DNA of 64,000 bases from the human T2T-CHM13v2.0 reference genome, Homo sapiens: assembly GCF_009914755.1 (NCBI RefSeq), contig NC_060932.1. The stretch is one strand, 5' to 3'. Within the stretch, counting starts at the first letter, position 1. Every line of letters begins with the position of its first letter. The notes under the pieces are model-generated. The model saw nothing but the letters and a program-made list of their open reading frames with translations. It made no database searches and was not told the DNA's origin. The position numbers and the translations under genes were made by a program. Shown piece by piece: positions 17,434 through 40,595 of the stretch.

Positions 17434-18639
17434 ATATGTGTGCAGGTGTATGTGTAGGATTAGTTTCCAGAAGTAGGACTGCTAGCTTAAAGAGTAAATA
17501 CACTTATAATTTTGAAGCATATTTGATAGGAGTTGCATAATTTTGTACTTTTGTTAGCAATACATTAGAGGGCCCTTACCCCAATATGTGTTGTCCAGGA
17601 CTTAGATTTTAGCCAATATGGTAGGTGTGCAGTTTAAATTTGCATTTCTCTTGTCATGAGTGAGACAGTACATTTTTCATATGTATAAAAGCCATTTGTG
17701 TTCCTTTCTCTGTGAACTGCCCTTGTCCTTTGCCCATTTTCTACTGGGTTTCCCCCAAGGAATACTCTTGCTTACTCCTCCAAGAGTAATTTATACTTTA
17801 GGGGGCTGTTTCTATATAACATCAATATGAACTATTCTTTAATTTTGCCATTTGTCTTTGCCTACTGTGTTTTTTTTGCCATGCATAAATTAGGGTTTTT
17901 ATGTAGTTGAATCGATCAATCTTTCCTATTACGACTAGGACATTTTGAGTCATAGTTGGAAAGACTTTCTCCCCTTTCCCCCACTCTAAGATTATAAAGG
18001 AATCTGGTCATGTTTTATTCTAATACCTTGACATTTTTTCACGTTTAAATCTTGGATTCATTTATAGCCTAGAGCACTGTCATCTACCAGACTAAAAAAG
18101 AATATGGATGAGTAGATTCTAAACATTTCTCCCCATATTAGATCTTTCTTTAAATACAATCTTGCCCCATATATAAGACAGATGGAAGAGAGCTGCCCTG
18201 AAGGTGCAGCAGAGACCCTCCTGTGAGTCACACCCTCCCCAGACTCCATGGATCTCCATGGAATCCTTAGGATGGCTGTAAGCAGAGTGAAGACCACAGA
18301 TATCTGCAGAACAGCAACTAGGCCAAAAAGTTTGATGAGAAAAAAGTTAAAAGAAGGACTTTCTGGTTTGTCTTGATGTTTGCCATTGAGTGTTTGCTGA
18401 GGAGGAAATGAGGCAAGACTGGAGAGGACTTAAGAGACCCTTTCTGCAGGGGCTCATCTTTATTATCAACAGTTCCCTTTTGCTGAGTTCATATGTTCAA
18501 GTGAAAAATTCCTCATGATTCTACTATGATCTGATTGGTGTAGTGGAGAATGCATCGACCTTGGTATCACATATGAGTTCTAATCCTGAACAGTTACTAG
18601 CTGTGCAGCCTCTGGCAAGTCATTTCTGTTTCACAATTA

Positions 18640-19200
18640 GCAGTTCATCCATAGTAAATAACTGAGTACTTTGTATATGGAAGACGCTGTGCTAACTGAT
18701 AGAGATACAAAAACGGAGAAGATAGAAATGGTATTACCTTACAGCATGGAGGTGGAACCACATGGTAAACAAATAACTTTCGTAATTATTTAGATTCTAA
18801 TTGTTATAACATCTTCAACAGAGCATGAGGTCCTGCGGACATGGAAGAGCAGGGAGGTTCAGGCTTGCTAGTTTAGGGAAGCTGGCCACCAGGTTCAGGT
18901 TTGACAGGCGCATAGGAAATGGCATGGCAGAGGGAGGCCAGAGCCTTTTAGGCAAAAGGAAGAGCAAATGCTTATTAGACCCCAAGGCTGCAGGAGCTAG
19001 GCACGTTTGACCACCGAAAGGGAAGGCCAGTATAGACAGCATAAACCTCACTGTGGTGTCTGTGTTGAGAATGGATTGTATGTGTGTGCTGTGTGAGGGG
19101 CAAGAGTGGATTAGGGGACATGGGTTAAGAGCTACTAGCAGTCTGGGCAAAAGATACTAGTGGCCTGGGAAACAGTGGTAGTGGAGAGTGGACACATTAG
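18640..19200 (-). mobile_element. L2 fragment
   Basis: L2-like purine-rich motifs (actgagtact..tgtgcta, gagaatggattgta..gggcaagagtgga, gtggcctgg..agtggtagtggaga). Confidence 0.55.
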
Positions 19201-20720
19201 TAAGACACACAAACGTGTTCACAAAAATTCCTAGGTTTCTGCGTGAGCTGTGGCCAGGTGGATGTCCATGCCACTACTGAGATGGCGAATTCTGAACAGG
19301 AGGAAGTTTGGAGAAAAACCCCAACATTTCGGCAGGACAGCACCTCCTGGTGGAGATGACAAGCGGGAGCCTCACCACAGGCCTGGTTGTGGGAGTGAAA
19401 GGGGGACTCCGGGCGCGGTCGGGTGCACTTACTGTGCTAAGACAGCAAGGCCCGGCGGAGGTGGCAATGGCAGACCTGGTTTCTCGGCGGAGTCCCAGTG
19501 GGAGGCCCGGTGTCCAAAATCCTCAACTAGATTGGGCATGCCGTTTATCTTGTTCCAACTGTTGACAGTAATGGCACTAGCAATAATGTCCTTCCCAGGC
19601 AAAGATGGTTTTTCTTCCGTGTTTTCAGCCACTGCAGAGTGGACATCTACTATGAACCAAGTATCTGCGGCTTTAGGTACCAGATTCAAACACAGAATGG
19701 TGGCAGAACAGGGACTAGGACGGAGAGAAAACCTGAAGATGGATCAACCAGGAAGCAATGCATTCTCACAGAGGCACAAAAAAATGCCTCTGAAACAGAA
19801 GATTCACCTCCACTTCTGCGTCCTTTTGAGGCAACTTTCTGAGCATCCTTTCCTCCTCCCCAGGCCAACGCTTTTCCACCTTGTTAAACTACCCGGTAGC
19901 TTTCTCCATGGGAGGCGCCTTCTTCACAGTACTCGGACCCAGTTACACTTGTGGCCTTCCCCGGCTTCTGCTGGGCCGGCTATGGTCGACGCCGCACCGT
20001 CTCAGGCCCACTTCTCCTGCGGGAGCGGCGGCCCCAGCGGAGCCCCTGTGCGCCACGGCGAACGTGATAGGAATGCAATCTTCCGCCCCTTCAGACTCTG
20101 GCACCCCGTAGCCTTTCCTCAGGCTCCACGAGTTCTCCCGGTGATGTGATGACCGACATGGCGTCTGGGCTCTGAACACAGACTTTACTCCTTCCCCCCG
20201 GCCCCGAAACATGGGGAAACCACACCCTCTCTGCTCCAGTCACCAGCAGCCACTCCCATTCCTTAAGTATCCATTATTGCATGTGTAGCCTATTGCATGT
20301 GTAGCCTACTTCTGGTTTTCATTTTTATTTAAGGTCAGTTGTTGCCTGACAACACAGACGACAGTAACTTAATTCGAAAGACAATACTTGGAGGCGGCCC
20401 CCGCTCCAGGCACCAGCCCAGCAGCTCCCCCGAACTCCCCAGGAGCTCGCGGGCGAGCAACGCCACAGCCCAGAGCGAGCTCCGCGGAACCCCCAGCCCC
20501 GGGGAAGGAAGCTCGACTCTCCGCGGGGCACTCCTTCCGGGCTCCGGGCCCGACTAGGCCATCCGGGAGGCCCTGGAGCGCCGGGGCCGGAGAAGCCCTG
20601 CCCCCCGCCGAAGCCCCGCCCTGCGCCCGAGCGCCCGCCAATGGCAGGGCGCGGTGCGGCGCGCCGAGGTGGGACGGCGGCGCGCTGAGGAGGCGGTGCG
20701 CTCAGGCGGCGCTCCCGGAG

Positions 20721-20753
20721 ATGCCCCGCGGCAGCCGCGCTCGGGGCTCTAAG
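20721..20753 (+). CDS. SPIDR: SPIDR coding exon 1 (MPRGSRARGSK), scaffold protein involved in DNA repair
   Basis: ATG at 20721, donor AAG|gtaggc, phase 0; peptide matches the recalled human SPIDR N-terminus. Confidence 0.96.
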
Positions 20754-20786
20754 GTAGGCTCTGGGGCGGGAGTGGGCGCCGCGCCG

Positions 20787-20805
20787 TTTCCCGCGTTGCG
20801 GGGAA
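20787..20805. promoter_or_regulatory. E2F-type site TTTCCCGC plus an inverted near-copy GCGGGGAA at the start of intron 1
   Basis: Exact match to the TTTSSCGC consensus at 20787-20794. Confidence 0.5.
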
Positions 20806-22099
20806 GCGGCGGGCCGGCGCGGGGCTGGCCCCGTTGTGCTGGGGTGAGAGAGGGTGGGCGTTGGGGGTGAAGGGCTAGGTGGTGGCGGGTCCCGTCTGCG
20901 CGCGTGGAGCAAGCCCGCGCAGTGGGGTACCGCCCCCAGGTCCGGCTCCGGTCCAGGCGTGCGGGCCGGGCCCTCAGCGGCGGTACGGAAAGCGAGGGGT
21001 GGGACCGCCGAGGGACGCAGCGGGCGGGAGCATATGTCCGCCTCGGGGGTACTTGGCCTTACTCTTGTCTCTTTTTGATTCTGGTGTAATGTACCAAACC
21101 GCAGGGAATCCTGGCGTGGTTTTACCCGTCTCCGCGGATAATCCACTGTCAACTCTGTCTCTCTTCCTGCCGCACTCGGAGGGGACTGTGCGGCTGACTG
21201 CCCAATCCGTGGGCACCGCGCTGCCTCGGGTTCCAGAACGGGAGCGGGTGCCTAGGAATCGTTGCTTGAATGGTGTTTGATTGCACCTGTATCCGCGAGT
21301 GCATCCTTTTTTGTTCTGCTAATTGTGCTTGTCATGGCATGTGTCCTTTATCGTTTTAAAGTTTCTTCTAACTTCCTTGCTTTCAAATACGTTTGTCTCA
21401 TAGTAAAACGGTTTTTAAAAAGCAAACACAGGACCTCCTTTCTTGACTCTTGCCTTTACTTGAAAACTTCCTGGAAAAAATAGACCACATATACTGGTTC
21501 AACTTCTTTACCACTACCATGCTTTCTCGCTTCTCAAATACCATTGATTATCAGCCCACACTATCAGTTTTGTGACTGGCTTTAGGGAATAAAGAAATTC
21601 ATTTCAGGCACCTCTTGATTATAAGATACAGTCTGATTTCTGAAGCATTAATGTGTGAAAAAAATCAAGGAAATATATAAATTTGCTAAATCCAGTGTAA
21701 GTTGTTTACTTGATCATTGGAGCGTTTGACACATTCACCACCTGCTTTTATTTCTTTTGGAACATCCATGATTGTTTTCCTGTCTTGCAACAGCTCATTT
21801 TCTTCTCTTTACTGTGTTCGTGCCATGTTCTAATTTTTGACCTTGTGCTTTTTCACATGTTCCATATTTGCTTTGGACAATGTCATACATTGAAGTTAAC
21901 TATATAGATGACTTTCAGATCTATATTAGATCTTTCCCTAGAGCTCAAACTTAGTGCATCACATAATCATCATCTCACCCTTAGTCCTCCAGGCCCTAAC
22001 AGTTTCTCTTGACTTAGAAATCTTAGTATTTTTGAATTGACGTTCACTTCTGGTCTCTTCATCTTGTCATTTTTCAAGACTCTTTTTTTTTACTCAATT

Positions 22100-22546
22100 T
22101 TTTTTAGTAGTCGTACAGTTGTCTATTGTGTAATACGTTGCTGAAAACTGAAGCAGTTCATAACAAATGTTTATTATATCATAGAGTTTCTGAGACTCAG
22201 GAATCTGAGAACGGCTCAACTAAGTGGTTGTAGTTCAGGATCTCCCACAAGGCTGCAGTCAAATAAAGGGTCGTTGGAGCTGGAGAATCCAGTTCCAAGC
22301 TCACTCACGTGGTTGTTTCTTGACAGCTGCATAGGGCAGCTCACAACAGGGTCCTGGCTTTCCCAAGAGCAAGAGAGAGAGCAACAAGATATCGGTCCCC
22401 GTGTCTTTTATAGCCTAAACTCAGAAGTGACATCCCATCTCCTGTCTATTCATTACATGGACCAACCCGGTACAATGTATGAGGAGACTATAGAGGGTCC
22501 CCAGGAGGTGGGGATCACAGGGGCCACCTTGGAGGCTGGCTTCCAC
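22100..22546 (-). mobile_element. MLT1-type LTR
   Basis: gtctattgtgtaa..caggaatctgaga..tcttttatagccta..ctcagaagtgaca..ttggaggctggcttccaca. Confidence 0.7.
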
Positions 22547-22759
22547 AGTATTTCCCAGGAATTTATTTTTTGTTTCTGTCTCCCTCGGTCAGTCTCAAAA
22601 GTACTTAATGGTTGGAGTGTTGATGTGTAGTGCCGGCTAGCATGCTCCCATTCCATCTTCAGAGGTGACTTTCCCTTAGGCACTACTTTGATTATATTGT
22701 TAGTCCTCTATCTAAATCTCATTTTACTTCTTATTGGCTACATCATAATTTACTGCAGA

Positions 22760-22970
22760 ACTTATCCTGTGTTTAGTGCTTTATATGTATTAACTAATTT
22801 AATTATTTTAACAGTCCTGTGAGGTAGATACCATTAGTCTCATTTTATGGATGAGGAAACTGAGGCTCAGCAGAGAGGCTAAGTAATTTGCCTAAGGTCA
22901 CACAGCAGTTAAGGGAAGAAGCTAGGATTTGTATCCAGGTAGTCTGCCCCAGACCTTGCTTTTGTTCAGG
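22760..22970. mobile_element. MIR
   Basis: cctgtgaggtagata..cattttatggatgaggaaactgaggctcag..ttgcctaaggtcacacagc. Confidence 0.8.
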
Positions 22971-23100
22971 CTCTCAGCCTGTTATTCACAGCCTCCATAA
23001 TATCTGTGTCTTATTCCTTTACAGCTTTGCTCATTATTTATCTTATAGGTAAACTAGACTACTGCGTCACTGTACTTGCTTGCCCCTTGGTGGTAATTGC

Positions 23101-23590
23101 GTATGTTCTTGGTTTGGAATAATGCCAGTTCTCCCATTTCTGCTGATTGAAACCTTTTTTTTTTGAGACGCAGTCTCGCTCTGTCGCCCAGGCTGGAGTG
23201 CAGTGGCGCGATCTCGGTACAGGCGCCAGCCTCCACACCGGGCTAATTTTTTTTAAATTTTTATTAGAGACAGGGTTTCACCGTGTTAGCCAGGATGGTC
23301 TCGATCTCCTGACGTCGTGATCCGCCCGCCTCGGCCTCCCAAAGTGCTGGGATTACAGGCGTGAGCCACTGCGCCCGGCCATGAAATCTTAATCATCCAT
23401 TGAGGCCTACTTCAAATCCCACCTTCTCCCAAATTATCCCAGCTATAAATGAACTTTCTTCTGTATGTTCTTGGTTTGGAATAATGCCAGTTCTCCCATT
23501 TCTGCTGATTGGAATCTTAGTCATCCATTGAGGCCCACCCCAAATTTCACCTCCCAAATTATCCCAGCTGTAAATGAACTTTCTTCTGTA
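23101..23590 (+). repeat. ~128-bp tandem duplication; first copy interrupted by an internally deleted antisense AluY (23155-23380)
   Basis: gtatgttcttggtttggaataatgccagttctcccatttctgctgattg at 23101 and 23463; both copies end aaatgaactttcttct. Confidence 0.9.
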
Positions 23591-24396
23591 GTCTGTGGAA
23601 TTTTATGTAAATAACTCTTACTATTCCATGTCTTACATTAGGTTTATTTGTGTCTACACCTTTATTCCCTTATATTCTAGACATTTAAGATTAGGGACTA
23701 TTTCTTCAGCCCATATTCCCCAGAATACCTGTCATATCCCTTGTATGTACTAGATATCTGATGAATTAATGAAAGGAGAACTAGTTTAGAAGATTTGCAA
23801 GTATTCCAGGTGTGAAGAAACAGGAGGAAATACCCTAGTCCGAAGACTCGGATATCTGCCTCAGCAGTACAGCTGAATGATTTTGCAGTTTTGGACAAGC
23901 CACACAGATATATCACGACTCTTAAGATGAAAGGTGGTGTGGTTATGGACTAAGGTGGTGGAATTAGGAATAGAATAGAAAGGACTGGGTTGACAGACTA
24001 CAAATGGAAGGTGAGATTTAGGCAACTGCAATTGAAAGAGGAAGAGGAGGAAACCCATGGTGATTCAGAAAGTCGAACCTATGAGAAGTGAGAAAGTTGT
24101 TTGCCTCTTAACTGATGTTAGGATATATAGATATATCCTATATATCACATATATAGATATGTGGTATTTAAGTCCCAGGGAGATTAGGGCAGTCAGTTGC
24201 TCAAAGGCTGGGGTATCTTAGTTCTTTCCTCACTCCCCTCTCCTCCATGAGTTTCTCCTGCCCTAGCCCCTCACTATCCCTTAACATGCTGTGATTCTTC
24301 CCTTTGTGCCTTGTGTTCTCCCTTTCCTTATGAAGTAGCCAAGGACGACCACATATACTCCTGTTCTTGGGCAGCAGCTTGCCTTTTGAGATTTTC

Positions 24397-26197
24397 TTTT
24401 TTTTTTTTTGAGATGGAGTCTTGCTCAGCCACCCAGGCTGGAGTGCAGTGGCCCGATCTCGGCTCACTGCAACCACTGTCTCCTGGGTTCAAGTTCTCTG
24501 AATAGGGCAATATACCTAACATTGAGTTGTCGTTTCTTTATAAAATGGGGTTAATACCTATATTGCTGGGTTGATGTGAGGATTAAATTATGAGAATGCA
24601 TGCGATGATATACCGAGCATATAAACACTCAATAAATGTTGGTGATAATGAAAGCAATTAATAATGAAACACCATGATAATTAAAGAAATCATATGAGGA
24701 CAAAGATATTGTACATCCTCTACTGCTTTGTCTCTAGATTTCCCTGGAATTGCTGTCTTTCAGCTTCTTGAACAAGAAATAGGAAAAAGGCTCATTTTCA
24801 AGTTTTTCAGTGATGGCAGGAAATTCTCATAGTTATCTTGGTAGGAGTACCTCATGGTTCCAGTTTAAGGCCTTGATAGTCTCATTGAATGATTTACTGG
24901 TGGCTCTACATCTCAGAATTAGACTACTTAGTATTGACATCTCAGTTGTCTTTTTTTTTTTTTTTTTTTTTGAGACAGTCTTACTCTGTCGCCCAGGCTG
25001 GGGTGCAGGGGTGCTATCATGGCTCACTGCAGTCTTGAGCTCCTGGGCTCAAGTGATCCTCCCATTTCGGCCTCCTGAGTAGCTGGGACCACAGGCCATG
25101 CCACTGTGCCTGGCTAATATTTAAATTTATTTTGTAGAGATAGAGTCTTGCTGTGTTGCCGAGGCTGGTCTCGAATTCCTGACCTCAAGCCGTTCTTTCT
25201 CCTTGGCCTCCCAAAGTGCTGGGGTTACAGCGTGAACCACTGTGCCTGGCCTAGAGGTTGTCTTATTCCTCAAACCAAAGGGAAAGAGAGGAAAGAGAGC
25301 TTTTATTGAAAGCTTTCTATATGTCAAGCACTTTGCATAGAGTACCTCATTTAAGGGAAAACATGTTTTCTTTTTAGTCAAAATAATACATGTTCATAGG
25401 TAAGGTAAAATAGTACAAAAAAAGTTTGTTGTAAAACTCAGCAGTCCCTTGCACATCTCATTCCATTTATTTTTATTGAGATAACTGTAAATTCACAGAC
25501 AATTGTGAGTAATATAGAGAATAATTGTTTTATAAACTAAATCTGGAGGCTGGGCCTTGCTAGATCAAAGTGTTGACAGATTTCATGTCTGGTGAGGGCC
25601 TGCTTTCTGGTTCACAGACAGCCATATTCTTACCATGTCTTTATATGGTGGAAGAGGTAAAGGAGCTCTCCAAGGTCTCTTTTATAAGGGCATCAATCCC
25701 GTAACTTCTAATCACCTGCCAAAGGCCCCACCTCCTAATACCATCAGGTGATCTGCCCGCATCGACATCCCAAAGTGCTGGGATGACAGGCGTGAGCCAC
25801 CATGCCCGGTCTGAAGTTTTTTTTTTTTTAATACAACATAAAACTCTCATGATTTATCGAAGTTGTTGTGCATATCAGTAGTTTCTTTGTCTTTTTTTTT
25901 TTTTTTTTTGAGTTGGAGTCTCACTCTCTTGCCCAGGCTGGAGTGCAATAGCGCGATCTCGGCTCACTGCAACTTTCCGCCTCCCCAGTTCAAACAATTC
26001 TCCTGCGTCAGCCTCCCAAGTAGCTGGTACTACAGGCACCTGCTGCCATGCCTGGCTAATCTTTTGTATTTTAGTAGAGACAGGGTTTCACCGTGTTGCC
26101 CAGGCTGGTCTTGAACTCCTGAGCTCAGGCAATGCAATCCACCCACCTCGGCCTCTCAAAGTGTTAGGATTACAGGCATGAGCCACTGTGCCTGGCC
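24397..26197 (-). mobile_element. Cluster of antisense Alus (24397-24492, 24951-25252, 25746-25812, 25890-26197) with MIR and MaLR fragments
   Basis: Recognisable Alu consensus blocks and poly(T) tails. Confidence 0.85.
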
Positions 26198-26199
26198 AA

Positions 26200-32440
<6,241 letters not shown>

Positions 32441-32729
32441 TGCGTAGTGATGCAGGGTTTTTTGCTCCTTAGTTCAGCTAAAATCTGGGTTCTTATCTCA
32501 CGATTAGGAGAAATTAGGCATGCGGACACATTGAAAGGTGAGGACAGCAGTATTTATGAAATCCCAAAGTGCTGGGATTATAGGCATGAGCCACCATGCC
32601 CATTTTAGTTTTCTTAATGGCTTCTTTAGGTATTATAATATACATATGTAACTTACCACAGTCTACATATGCAACATTTTACCACTTCAAATGAGTTACA
32701 GAAACTTGACTTTTCACTTAGGTACCCAT

Positions 32730-33955
32730 AAAAAGGAAAAACAAACTGTTTTCCCCTCTTCTCTCATGCTTAACACAGTACACTTCTATGCCCAGATGTG
32801 TGGGGTGTTTTATCCTGACACCAAGCATCCAGTAGACACCAAGTGGGTATCCTATAATTTAATCCAATTTTGATGCTCTCTACCTGGAGATGGTGTGAGA
32901 TCACGCAGGTTCAGGGCTCAGTCCCACGAGACTGGCCCCACTTCAGAGGTCAATTGCAAGTAGTAGGTTGTCACTCATATTTTTGATCAATTGAATATAA
33001 ATAGGGATTCCCAAACCTTCCTCCTTAGGTTCGATTAATTTGCTATGTTGGCTCACATAAGTAAGGGAAATACTTACCTTTACTGATTTTTTATAAAGGT
33101 ATTCAGTAGAAGCAGATGAACAGCCAGATGAAGAGATGGATAGAGCAAGACATGGACATTATAAAGGAATTCAATAGAAGCACATGAACGGCCAGATGAA
33201 GAGATGGATAGAGTAAGACATGAACAGGTTGAGGGCAGGTGGCGTGCTTGAAGCTTCCACGCCCTCTCTGGGCGAACCACCCTCCCAGTACCTCTGTATG
33301 TTCAGCAACTGAGAAGCTCATCGAATCTTGTTAAAGAGTTGTTTTTTTTTTTTAATTGTTCATTTTTTTTTTTGAGATACAGTCTTGCTCTGTCACCCAG
33401 GCTGGAGTGCAGTAGCTTGACCTTGACTTACCGCAGCTTTGACCTCCCAGGCTCAGGTTATCCTCCTACCGCAGCCTCCTGAGCAGCTGGGACCACAGGT
33501 TCATGCCACCACATCTGGCTAATTTTTGTATTTTTTGTAGAAATGAGGTCTTGCTGTGTTGCACAGGCTGGTCTCAAATTCAGGCTCAAGAGATCCTCCA
33601 TCCTCGACCTCCCTAAGTGTTGGGATTAAAGGAGTAAGCCATGGTTCTGGCTGTTAAAGTGTTTTTATAAAGCTTGATCTCCAGCCTCCTCCTTTCTCAG
33701 AGGTTACTGAGTGGAGCTGAAAATACCAACCCACTAATCCTCTAATCACTTGGCCTTTTTGCTAAGTGACCCCATTCTCAAGTTATCTAGGGGCCCCACC
33801 CTAAGTGACCTCAGTAGGATAAACTTAGGAGTTATCAAAGGAATTCTTTATAAATAACAAAAGATATTCCTATCACTTAGGAAATTGCAAGAGTTGTAGG
33901 AGTTCTATGGCAGGAACCTGGGATAATGACCAGATATATTTCATGTTATAGCACA
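32730..33955. mobile_element. MER21-type LTR with an internal 68-bp tandem duplication (33091-33226) and an AluJ insertion (33362-33650)
   Basis: MER21 motifs acacttct..cagatgtgtggg, tctacctggagat..gggctcagtccca, tcctatcact.aggaaatt.caag. Confidence 0.7.
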
Positions 33956-34339
33956 GTATCTTTACCTTCCCTATTTAAAAATACTGTATTGTCAAATGAT
34001 TTTACAATTTTTTCTTCAATCATTGATTATGATTTATTTATAAAGTTCATGAGGAACATTTTTGTTGCACCAGAGTAAATAATTGCTACATATTTTCCTT
34101 TGCATTGTTCTCCATCTCCCTGTACTTAAATTTTTAAATTCTATGTTCATTACTAGTCAGATAAGATGTCTTCTTTCCTTCTCGTTGAGATACATTCTCC
34201 AGTATCTTCCTAATAAAGGAATCACGAGAAGTAAAATTGTAAAGTTCCTGCACGTTTTAAAAATATCTTTTATTTTTTCCCCTTGATTGATAGTTTGGCC
34301 GGGAATAGAAGTCTAGATTGGAATTCAGTTTTCCTCAGA

Positions 34340-35158
<819 letters not shown>

Positions 35159-35589
35159 TTAAAAATTTGTACATTATTTTTTTTAAATTTAATGTCATTA
35201 GTTTTACATGGGTGTGTTGTTTGAAAAATAGGTAAGAATAATATTTTCCATTCTGATAAAATCAAAAGCAGATTATGTATTCTTATGTGTAAATAAGATT
35301 TCCATTGGCGTTGCATATATTTTTTAGTTTCCATTCTTAAAATGAGTGGAACCTCTGTGTAAAGAAAATATTTTATTATTTTAAATAAAAGCAGAATACA
35401 ACACTGTCTATTTTACAGTTATAACTGGAAGATAATGTCTAATCAGAAGACTCTAATAGGGTAGGAAAACATTAAAATAGTTATGTCACGTTGGTAGCTG
35501 GGTACCCCATACGTAATTTTGTATTTAGTAAATATTTTTGGAATGTGGATGAATAGACCATGATGACTTTTTTCTATTTATTTTTTTAA

Positions 35590-38957
<3,368 letters not shown>

Positions 38958-39620
38958 ATAGCTTTTATACCTTGTGTTGTTTTCATGGGTCTTGTAAAAA
39001 TATGGCCACTTGTGTATTTGTCTTGTAGATTCTCCCTGACTCTGCTCATCTGGACCTTTTCTGTGTGTCTGCCACCCCTGTGCTGCTGAGTGGATTCCAC
39101 TTCCAGTACTTTCTCAGTGACGGGTCCAGAAGGGAGTCCAGGGTGACCAGTTTCAGGTGGCCCAGGCTGCTCTCATCTCTTCACATCTTCTTACGGTAGA
39201 GCCCCTGCTCTCACCTAGTTTCAGGCGCTCTTCTCAGTTCTATCAGACACTGTTCTCAGATCTGTTGCTTGCTTTGCTTCCTAGTGAGCACTGATGTCTA
39301 GGTTCTCAGGGGGCCTCCTTGACTCTCTTACTTTCCTTGGCTTCTTTCCTTTCAGGTACTGATACCATGCCAGACTTTGGAGGGTTGGTGGTTTGTCTTT
39401 ACCCACTTGTGTTTGGAGTTTGCTGATTAATTGTGTTTCTATGTTTTTGGCTTTGCTGTCCGGTTGCTCTTTATGTGAAGATTTAGAGACATTCAAAAAC
39501 TATACCTTTACTGATGCCACTTCTAGGTTTTCAGATTGTAAATTGTGAACTGAATGTCTATTTAATGAAGTTGATTTTGTTTTTTTGTTTCGATTTTTCT
39601 TTTAAAAATCATCTCCACAG

Positions 39621-39776
39621 AGAAAAAGGAGTTGGAATACAGAATGCCCATCCTTTCCAGGAGAAAGACCACTGCAGGTCAGAAGAGCAGGTCTCAGGAC
39701 AGCAGGGGCAGCTGCCTCTCTCTCTGAAGCATGGCTCAGGTGTGGAGAAGGGTTTCAGAACACTTCTGGGAATCCG
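39621..39776 (+). CDS. SPIDR: SPIDR exon 2 (RKRSWNTECPSF...QNTSGNP), 156 nt
   Basis: ccacag|AGAAAA ... AATCCG|gtaaag; phase 0-0, continues the exon 1 frame; matches recalled SPIDR. Confidence 0.96.
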
Positions 39777-39957
39777 GTAAAGTATCTGTAGAATTGTTTT
39801 CCCTGAATGCCAAAGAGGAAATCCTGAGTGTTCAGAACATTGTAATTACATTTCATTGTAATTCCCTTTCTTATTCTTTCAGAACACTGTAACTGGTACA
39901 CTCCTTTTCTTGCCTTTCATTCCTTGAATTCCTTTAATAATTGTGGCAAGTTAGTAA

Positions 39958-40595
<638 letters not shown>

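Larger units (their letters stand above)
19950..21300. promoter_or_regulatory. SPIDR: CpG island / SPIDR promoter
   Basis: Very GC- and CpG-rich; GC box ccccgccc ~20614, CCAAT 20638-20642, no TATA; surrounds coding exon 1. Confidence 0.92.

Noticed and set aside
20325-21280. Long overlapping ORFs in the CpG island (275 aa minus; 160 aa and 133 aa plus, one in frame upstream of the SPIDR ATG)
   Set aside because: Extreme GC content depletes stop codons; non-ATG starts and low-complexity Pro/Arg/Gly/Ala products
33091-33226. 68-bp tandem duplication
   Set aside because: Diverged duplication inside a MER21-type LTR with no sign of function; recorded under features
39325-39362. Pyrimidine tract followed by CAG|GTACTG resembling a recursive splice site
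   Set aside because: Weak reconstituted donor, only ~265 nt from the real exon 2 acceptor; no further support
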